From the NCBI GenBank assembly GCA_963733195.1, contig CAVTCR010000009.1:64001-128000 (forward strand): a stretch of 64,000 nt of DNA. Direction: 5' to 3'. Source of the DNA: an uncultured delta proteobacterium. GTDB taxonomy: Bacteria; Desulfobacterota; Binatia; Bin18. Both the position numbers and the translations under genes were made by a program. Positions within the stretch are counted from its first letter, which is position 1; each line of letters starts with the position of its first letter. The notes beneath the pieces were generated by a model that was not told where the DNA came from, searched no databases, and saw nothing but the letters and a program-made list of their open reading frames with translations. Shown piece after piece: positions 57,260 to 64,000 of this stretch.

Positions 57260-60154
57260 ATGGCAAATCAATTACTCGACCTGCGTCAGTATGGCCAAAG
57301 TGTGTGGTATGACTTCATCAGTCGCCAGCTCCTCGCGTCGGGAGAGTTGCTGCGCATCATCACCCGTGATGGGGTTGCAGGGGTCACCTCCAACCCAACC
57401 ATTCTTGAGCAGGCAATCAACAAAACCGATGCCTACGACGAAGAAATTGCCATCCTCGCCCGGCACGGTTTGTCTGCCGAAGACATCTACACCCGCATCG
57501 CCGTGCAAGATATCACCGAAGCTGCAGATATTTTGCAGACTGTGTATGCAGCGACCAACGGTGGCGATGGTTATGTCAGCCTCGAAGTCTCTCCACGTCT
57601 GGCGGATGACACCGAGGGCACCATCGTAGAAGCGCATCGCTTGTGGCAACAGCTCAAGCGCGACAATGTAATGATTAAAGTCCCTGGTACGCCAGCCGGG
57701 TTTAGCGCCGTGCGGAGGCTCATCGGTGACGGCATCAATGTGAACATCACCTTGCTTTTCTCGCTCGCAGATTATGAGGCTGCCGCACGGGCGTATATCG
57801 CTGGGATTTCCGATCGGCTCAATAACGGTGGTGATGTGAGTCGTGTTGCATCAGTCGCCAGCGTCTTCGTCAGTCGTATTGATACCCTGGCTGACAAAGT
57901 GCTTGATCAAACATTGTCGGCAACCCGTGACGGCGAAGCCCGACAAGCAATCGACAACTTGAAAGGGAAAGCTGCCGTTGCCAACGCCAAGCTGGTCTAC
58001 CAGTGTTTCAAAATCCTCTTCTCCAGTAGTGAATGGAAAACCTTAGAGGAACACGGAGCGCGTCGTCAGCGCCCGCTGTGGGCATCGACTGGAACCAAAA
58101 ATCCTAAGTACAGTGATGTCCTCTATATCGAAGAGTTGGTCGGTCCAGATACGGTGAACACTGTTCCTCCCGGTGCACTCGCAGCGTTTCGTGATCACGG
58201 GCGAGCGCGCCCAACGATCGAGTTGAACAGCGTAGAAGCTCAGAACACATTTGATCGCCTTGGATCGCTTGGGATCGATATGCCCAAACTCTGTGGGCAG
58301 CTCAAAGAAGAAGGACTGCAAGCGTTCGCTGATTCGTTTGACACACTCCTCTTAGGTGTGGATACCAAGCGCAAAGCCGCACTCCTGAAGGGACGCTATC
58401 AGATTGCTGGGGCCAAGCTGGGCGAGGCCCTCGACCGCTACAACATCGAGCTTCAACTGCAAGACTATGTCGAAGGAATGTGGAGTAAACGAGCTGATCT
58501 CTGGTCAGATGATCCCGCCGAGCAGAAGCGCGTAGCCAACCGTCTTGGATGGCTAGAATCACCCGAAGTGATGGCGAAAGCGCTTCCGCGACTGAAACGT
58601 TTTGCTGCAACTGTCCGTCGGGACGGAATCAAGCACGTCGTTTTGCTTGGCATGGGCGGCTCAAGTCTTGCGCCAGAAGTGATGCGGGCGATTCTTGGCG
58701 TCCAGTCTGGAGCACCAACGTTCACGATGCTTGACTCCACCGATCCTGGGACAATCAAAGCAGTTGCCGATCGCGTATCGTTGAAAGACACACTCTTTAT
58801 CATCGCCAGCAAGTCAGGCACGACGATTGAACCCAACGCGCTTTCGTCTTACTTCTGTCAGCTTCTGAAAAACGCTGGGGTCACTAACCCCACACGTCAT
58901 CTCGTCGCCATTACCGACGAAGGCACGGCGCTACACGAATTAGCCCAACACGATCATTATCGCGAAGTCTTCGTGAACCCGTCTGACATTGGCGGCCGTT
59001 ACTCTGCCCTCTCTTTCTTCGGGCTTGTGCCCGCAGCCCTCATGGGCATCGATATCGTCGACTTACTCGCCTGGGGACGTGGGATGGCGTTGCTGTGTGG
59101 TCCGACAAACGCCATCGCCCAGAATCCTGGAGTCGCTTTAGGGATCGCTATGGGTGCAGCAGCTCGCACTGGTCGAGACAAGCTCACCCTTGTCACTGGC
59201 CCACGCCTACGTTCGTTTGGCTTGTGGATTGAGCAACTCATTGCCGAATCCACGGGGAAGAAAGGGACAGGGATCGTCCCGATCGTCGGCGAACCACTCG
59301 GGCTGCCAGAGGTATACGGCGATGACCGACTGTTTGTCCGCCTCCGATTGCATGGGGGCGACCCGGAAGAACACGATCGGGACGGCAAGATGGAGCAGCT
59401 TCGCGCCGCGGGGTTTCCGATCATCACTATCAGTTTACAATCTCCTACTGCAATCGGTGCCGAGTTCGTGCGCTGGGAAATCGCAACTGCGACGGCTGGC
59501 GCTATTCTCGATATTAATCCATTCGATGAGCCCAACGTACAGCAAGCAAAGGATGCAACGAAGGCACTGCTCCAACGGTTTACATCTGAAGGACATCTTC
59601 CTATTCCTGCAGCGCAGGTGCAAATCCATGGCACCTCGTTGACCTGTGATCGTGCCAGTTGGGACAAGATTCAAGCGCGCGGCAGTGATGTATCCCGTCC
59701 GCTGAGTGCGCTTGCAGAGTTCCTACGCACTGTGGAGAAAGGCGATTACCTTGGACTGCTCGCCTATCTCCCGATCAACGACGCTATTGAGGCATCGCTG
59801 CAGCGCGTACGCGCCCAGCTCCGTGATCGTTGTCGGGTGGCAACGATGTTCGGGTATGGCCCACGGTATCTCCACTCTACAGGGCAGTTACACAAAGGCG
59901 GTCCAAACAGTGGTGTGTTTATAATGCTCACCGCAACACCACAGGAAGATCTGGTCATTCCTGGTGAGCAATTTTCCTTTGGTACGCTAGAACTGGCACA
60001 AGCGTTAGGCGACTTTGCCTCACTTGAGGCGACTGGACGCCGCGTCGTACGTTTGCATCTGGACTCGCCGGAACCAGGGCATGTCGAACGTGTATGTGAT
60101 TTGATTGCAGGAGCAGCAACCATAAAAAATGAAGAATGCATGAATGATGAATGA
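57260..60154 (+). CDS. Bifunctional transaldolase / phosphoglucose isomerase
   Basis: GVTSNPTI, VMIKVP and RPLWASTGTK; GMGGSSL, SKSGTT, GGRYSALS, EQLIAESTGK and GPRYLHSTGQ. Confidence 0.96.
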   Translation: MANQLLDLRQYGQSVWYDFISRQLLASGELLRIITRDGVAGVTSNPTILEQAINKTDAYDEEIAILARHGLSAEDIYTRIAVQDITEAADILQTVYAATNGGDGYVSLEVSPRLADDTEGTIVEAHRLWQQLKRDNVMIKVPGTPAGFSAVRRLIGDGINVNITLLFSLADYEAAARAYIAGISDRLNNGGDVSRVASVASVFVSRIDTLADKVLDQTLSATRDGEARQAIDNLKGKAAVANAKLVYQCFKILFSSSEWKTLEEHGARRQRPLWASTGTKNPKYSDVLYIEELVGPDTVNTVPPGALAAFRDHGRARPTIELNSVEAQNTFDRLGSLGIDMPKLCGQLKEEGLQAFADSFDTLLLGVDTKRKAALLKGRYQIAGAKLGEALDRYNIELQLQDYVEGMWSKRADLWSDDPAEQKRVANRLGWLESPEVMAKALPRLKRFAATVRRDGIKHVVLLGMGGSSLAPEVMRAILGVQSGAPTFTMLDSTDPGTIKAVADRVSLKDTLFIIASKSGTTIEPNALSSYFCQLLKNAGVTNPTRHLVAITDEGTALHELAQHDHYREVFVNPSDIGGRYSALSFFGLVPAALMGIDIVDLLAWGRGMALLCGPTNAIAQNPGVALGIAMGAAARTGRDKLTLVTGPRLRSFGLWIEQLIAESTGKKGTGIVPIVGEPLGLPEVYGDDRLFVRLRLHGGDPEEHDRDGKMEQLRAAGFPIITISLQSPTAIGAEFVRWEIATATAGAILDINPFDEPNVQQAKDATKALLQRFTSEGHLPIPAAQVQIHGTSLTCDRASWDKIQARGSDVSRPLSALAEFLRTVEKGDYLGLLAYLPINDAIEASLQRVRAQLRDRCRVATMFGYGPRYLHSTGQLHKGGPNSGVFIMLTATPQEDLVIPGEQFSFGTLELAQALGDFASLEATGRRVVRLHLDSPEPGHVERVCDLIAGAATIKNEECMNDE

Positions 60155-60272
60155 TGAATGAGAGAAGAGAGAACGAAGACATCAGAGCTAAAAGGTCTCT
60201 CATCCCCACAGCCTATAGCCTGAAGCCTTCAGCCTCATCTTCATCATTCATCATTCTACATTTTGCATTTCT
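60125..60272. repeat. Heptamer (GAATGAT) hairpin repeat with a nested second heptamer type
   Basis: GAATGAT GAATGAT GAATG ... TCATCAT TCATCAT TCT; inner CAGCCTA TAGCCTG AAGCCTT CAGCCT; overlaps the tal-pgi stop. Confidence 0.7.
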
Positions 60273-60287
60273 TAGAGGAGGCATAGT

Positions 60288-61184
60288 ATGCAACTAGGAT
60301 TTAGTGGTTTAGGTCGTATGGGTGGAAACATGGTCCGGCGTTTACTGCAAGGTGGGCATCAGATTGTCGCCTACAACCGTAGTCCGGAACCGACCCGCGA
60401 AGTTGAGAAACTTGGGGCAACTGCCACCTACTCACTCGAAGAGCTGGTCAAAAAGCTCCCTGCCCCTCGCACTGTGTGGGTGATGGTTCCCTCAGGAAAG
60501 CCAACGGCTGAAAATATTACCACTTTGTCAAATCTCCTCAGTGCCGGGGACACCATTATTGAGGGTGGGAATTCCCACTACAAAGATGATGCCGTCAACG
60601 CAGCAATGCTCAAGAAGAAAGGTATTCACTATCTTGATGCTGGCACCAGTGGTGGCATTTGGGGTCTGAAGATCGGCTACTGTATGATGGTGGGCGGTGA
60701 CCGCGAGGTGTTTACAAAACACGAGCCAATTTTCAAAACCCTCGCTCCTGAGAACGGCTATGGCTACATGGGCGGGCACGGTGCTGGACATTACGTCAAA
60801 ATGATCCATAACGGCATCGAATACGGCATGATGCAAGCGTATGCTGAGGGGTTCGAGCTGATGCAGAAAAGTGATTTCAAACTCGATCTGCCTGCCATTG
60901 CCAACCTGTGGATGCAAGGAAGCGTCGTACGCTCGTGGCTGTTAGACCTTGCAGCGAGCGCATTAAGTAAAGACCCGCAACTCGCTCGTATTCAAGGATA
61001 CGTAGAAGACTCGGGGGAAGGTCGTTGGACGATTCTCGATGCGATCGAGAAAGATGTCCCGGCTCCGGTAATCACACAGTCGTTATATACGCGTTTCCGC
61101 TCGCGCCAATCTGAATCCTTTGGTGAGAAAGTGCTCGCCGCGTTGCGGAATGAATTTGGTGGACATGCGGTGAAGGCGAAGTAA
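60288..61184 (+). CDS. gnd: 6-phosphogluconate dehydrogenase (decarboxylating, short type)
   Basis: GLGRMG, GTSGG, GHYVKMIHNGIEY, DSGEGRW and RNEFGGH motifs. Confidence 0.96.
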   Translation: MQLGFSGLGRMGGNMVRRLLQGGHQIVAYNRSPEPTREVEKLGATATYSLEELVKKLPAPRTVWVMVPSGKPTAENITTLSNLLSAGDTIIEGGNSHYKDDAVNAAMLKKKGIHYLDAGTSGGIWGLKIGYCMMVGGDREVFTKHEPIFKTLAPENGYGYMGGHGAGHYVKMIHNGIEYGMMQAYAEGFELMQKSDFKLDLPAIANLWMQGSVVRSWLLDLAASALSKDPQLARIQGYVEDSGEGRWTILDAIEKDVPAPVITQSLYTRFRSRQSESFGEKVLAALRNEFGGHAVKAK

Positions 61185-61223
61185 CTCGGACTTTCCGCCC
61201 GGCCATAAAGTGACTTTGTTGCT

Positions 61224-61331
61224 AAATCCCCCGAGCCCCCTTTTTCTAAGGAGGGAATCTGAACGCCCCATTTGGCAAAACCTGTCCTGAGCTTTGTCGA
61301 AGGAGGGGCCGCGCGGCGCGCGGGGGGATTT
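61224..61331. repeat. AAATCCCCC...GGGGGATTT palindromic repeat carrying a nested small module
   Basis: Inner CCTGTCCTGAGCTTTGTCGAAGG (61281-61303) interrupts a CCCC..TTT..AAA..GGGG hairpin. Confidence 0.75.
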
Positions 61332-61406
61332 GAGCCGTAATGGTAAGGCACCGGGGCTTGCAACAGTGTCGTTGCTCGCTGGGAAAAGCGAATCAGAGGA
61401 TACACT

Positions 61407-63008
61407 ATGGATAGTGCAGGTGAAGTCAAAACTTCCGTTGCCGGTAATCGTGGAACAGGAACCGACGTAAGTGACGAATTCTTCCGCGCAAAAGATCCAG
61501 TCACAGTTGTGATCTTTGGTGCCTCCGGCGATCTCAGTAAGCGCAAGCTCATCCCAGCGCTCTATCAACTGCAAATGGCCGGCTATCTACCGGATCGGTA
61601 TGCCGTTGTGGGGTTCTCGCGCACACCAATGAGCGACGAGGTGTACCGCGAAAGCATGCGCGCAGTCTTGCAAGAACAACTCGCAAGCGAAGGTCATACA
61701 GTGACCGCCGATAATCAGCTTGTGCAAGCCTTGCACTACCACGCTGGGAATAACGATGACCTTACCTCGTTCAAAACTCTGAAAGAGAAACTTGAACAAC
61801 TGGACCGTGAGCGCAATCTCCCAGGAAACAGATTGTTCTACCTGTCCGTCGCACCCGAATTCTTCACTGTTATCATCCAGAATCTCTGTAGCGCAGGATT
61901 AATTTGCGGACGCCAAGAGAAGACCTGGTCTCGGGTTATTATCGAAAAGCCTTTTGGGAGGGACCTCACCAGCGCACGGCAACTGAATAATGATGTCACG
62001 AGCCTCCTTGATGAGAGCCAAATCTACCGTATCGATCACTATCTCGGAAAAGAAACCGTCCAGAATATTTTGAGCTTCCGTTTTGGTAACTCAATCTTTG
62101 AACCACTGTTCAACCAAAAATACGTCGATAACGTACAGATCACTGTCGCTGAAACCCTCGGCATGGAAGGACGACGGGGTGCCTATTACGACACCGCCGG
62201 GGCGATGCGTGACATCGTGCAGAATCACATGCTCCAGTTGCTGTGCTTGATCGCGATGGAACCACCGGCAGCACTAGAAGCTCAGGCAATTCGCGACGAG
62301 AAGGTAAAAGTGTTGCGCGCAGTCTTACCGCTCTCGCGTGAAGAAGTTGCAGCCAGCACTGTACGCGGGCAGTACGGCGTGGGAGAAATTAATGGCACGA
62401 TTGTCAAAGGCTACCGCCAAGAAGAAGGGGTGAATCCCAAGTCGATCACCGAAACCTATGTCGCTATGCGTCTTAAGATCGACAATTGGCGTTGGGCTGG
62501 TGTGCCGTTCTTTTTGCGTACCGGCAAGCGGTTGAGGAAGCGGGTCTCTGAAATTGCCGTGGAGTTTAAGCAACCGCCGCTCCATTTGTTTGGGCAGTTA
62601 GAACATCATGACGACAGTGAGCCTCCTCGTCCCAAATCTAATATCCTCGTCATGCGCATTCAGCCGGATGAAGGCATTAATCTGTCGTTTGCCTGTAAGC
62701 AGCCGGGCATGCGGGTGCATCTTAAAGATGTTCAGATGGATTTCTTTTACGGCGAAGCGTTTCAACAACGTTCACCGGAAGCGTACGAGCGACTGTTGCT
62801 CGACGCGTTACGTGGTGATGCCTCGCTATTCACCCGCTCAGATGAAGTTGAGTATGCATGGCGGTTTATCTCGTCGATTCATGAAGGCTGGGCGAACCTG
62901 CCATCACCAACCTTTCCCAATTACTATCCATTCACCGACGGCCCGGATGATGCGCAACGGCTCCTCGAAGGAACGCAAGCGCAGTGGCGATCAGTGAGCG
63001 ATATGTAA
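61407..63008 (+). CDS. zwf: Glucose-6-phosphate 1-dehydrogenase
   Basis: FGASGDL, EKPFG, RIDHYLGKE, RDIVQNH and RTGK motifs. Confidence 0.97.
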   Translation: MDSAGEVKTSVAGNRGTGTDVSDEFFRAKDPVTVVIFGASGDLSKRKLIPALYQLQMAGYLPDRYAVVGFSRTPMSDEVYRESMRAVLQEQLASEGHTVTADNQLVQALHYHAGNNDDLTSFKTLKEKLEQLDRERNLPGNRLFYLSVAPEFFTVIIQNLCSAGLICGRQEKTWSRVIIEKPFGRDLTSARQLNNDVTSLLDESQIYRIDHYLGKETVQNILSFRFGNSIFEPLFNQKYVDNVQITVAETLGMEGRRGAYYDTAGAMRDIVQNHMLQLLCLIAMEPPAALEAQAIRDEKVKVLRAVLPLSREEVAASTVRGQYGVGEINGTIVKGYRQEEGVNPKSITETYVAMRLKIDNWRWAGVPFFLRTGKRLRKRVSEIAVEFKQPPLHLFGQLEHHDDSEPPRPKSNILVMRIQPDEGINLSFACKQPGMRVHLKDVQMDFFYGEAFQQRSPEAYERLLLDALRGDASLFTRSDEVEYAWRFISSIHEGWANLPSPTFPNYYPFTDGPDDAQRLLEGTQAQWRSVSDM

Positions 63009-63041
63009 GTCACCCATAGTGATAAATAATGCGGGACGCCT

Positions 63042-64000
63042 ATGATACAATATATTTTGGCCGGTGATATCGGCGGTACCAAAACCAATCTCGCACTTTA
63101 CGTGGTCGAGCGCTCTACCCATGTCACGCTCCTGCGAGAGTCCTCCTTCGCTAGCAAGCAATATGATGGGCTGGAAACCGTGATCCGAGAGTTTCTCCAG
63201 TCTGATCATGAACAGGTGTCCGCCGCCGCTTTTGGCATCGCGGGACCGGTCCTCGACGGTGTAGTCCTTGCCACCAACCTGCCGTGGAAAGTCGAGATTG
63301 ATAGCATCGCCAGTGTCCTCGGGTGTTCGCAGATTCGGATCATGAACGATCTGGAAACAACGGCCTACGGTTCGCTATTCTTGCTACCGCATGAGATTCA
63401 GGTCCTCCAGGAGGGAAAAACGCGCTACGGCCATCGGGTCGTCGTCGCCGCTGGCACTGGCCTTGGACAAGCATTTTTGATTTGGGATGGCGCCCGCTAC
63501 CGGCCCGTCGCTACAGAAGGGGGGCATGCCGATTTTGCTCCGACCAACGAAAAAGAGATTGAACTGTTGCAGTTTCTCAAACGCAAATATCCGCGCGTCT
63601 CTTACGAGCGTGTCCTCTCTGGTCCTGGGCTTGTCAACATCTTCAATTTTCTCGACCAACATCTGCATCGACCCGTGGCTCCGATCGTTCGCCAACGGAT
63701 CGTCAATGAAGATCCAGCCGCAGTGATCGGACAAGCGGGTACCGAAGATCTGTGCCCCACTTGCACTGAAGCCGTAGATATTTTTCTCAGTCTTTATGGC
63801 GCCCAGGCTGGCAATCTTGCCCTTGCAATCATGGGGCTGGGCGGTGTGTATATCGGTGGTGGGATCATTGTGAAAATGTTGCCAAAAGTCACTTCTAGTG
63901 CGTTCATGAACAGTTACCTCGCCAAAGGACGCTACACTCAGTTTATGGCCGATATTCCTGTTCGCATTATTCTGAACGCCAAGACCTCGCAATTTGGCGC
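63042..64000 (+). CDS. glk: Glucokinase (runs off the window; absent from the ORF track)
   Basis: Translated by hand: MIQYILAGDIGGTKTNL, FGIAGPV, TNLPW, MNDLE, AGTGLG, TEGGHADF, ERVLSGPGL and GGVYIGGGI. Confidence 0.95.
   Translation, partial: MIQYILAGDIGGTKTNLALYVVERSTHVTLLRESSFASKQYDGLETVIREFLQSDHEQVSAAAFGIAGPVLDGVVLATNLPWKVEIDSIASVLGCSQIRIMNDLETTAYGSLFLLPHEIQVLQEGKTRYGHRVVVAAGTGLGQAFLIWDGARYRPVATEGGHADFAPTNEKEIELLQFLKRKYPRVSYERVLSGPGLVNIFNFLDQHLHRPVAPIVRQRIVNEDPAAVIGQAGTEDLCPTCTEAVDIFLSLYGAQAGNLALAIMGLGGVYIGGGIIVKMLPKVTSSAFMNSYLAKGRYTQFMADIPVRIILNAKTSQFG

Noticed and set aside
63384-63992. 202-aa minus-strand ORF
   Set aside because: Antisense shadow of glucokinase, which the track missed because it has no stop inside the window.
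1-64000. CRISPR array, tRNA or rRNA genes
   Set aside because: No regularly spaced direct repeats with unique spacers and no cloverleaf or rRNA-like segment were seen by eye; tRNAscan and Infernal were not run.

Overview
Bacterial chromosomal window of roughly 54% GC by eye. The gene content (LLM/F420 oxidoreductases, acyl-CoA dehydrogenases, DUF1329, cyclase-TPR proteins) suggests a Candidatus Binatia / deltaproteobacteria-like genome, which is an inference. Housekeeping blocks (putA, murJ, dacB, trmFO-topA-dprA, argS, uvrD/pcrA, and tkt-tal/pgi-gnd-zwf-glk) alternate with accessory genes and an IS graveyard at 48-51 kb. Several genes carry single-base frameshifts, probably long-read consensus errors. 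Highlights: (1) a 1253-aa secreted protein fusing a CX4CH c-type cytochrome to a complete PHM/DBM-type binuclear copper monooxygenase core, a beta-propeller and two C-terminal repeats; (2) a divergently transcribed AhpD-like selenoprotein (CHYU with a clear SECIS hairpin) that the ORF track splits in two; (3) a translationally coupled PepSY-like protein plus cytoplasmic C39 protease pair resembling an undescribed protease/inhibitor TA-like module; (4) very small palindromic repeats nested up to four levels deep, with an identical 27-bp unit at the same target site in two loci, some of them inside reading frames. I saw no rRNA, tRNA or CRISPR array. Family assignments come from motif recognition by eye, with no database searches.
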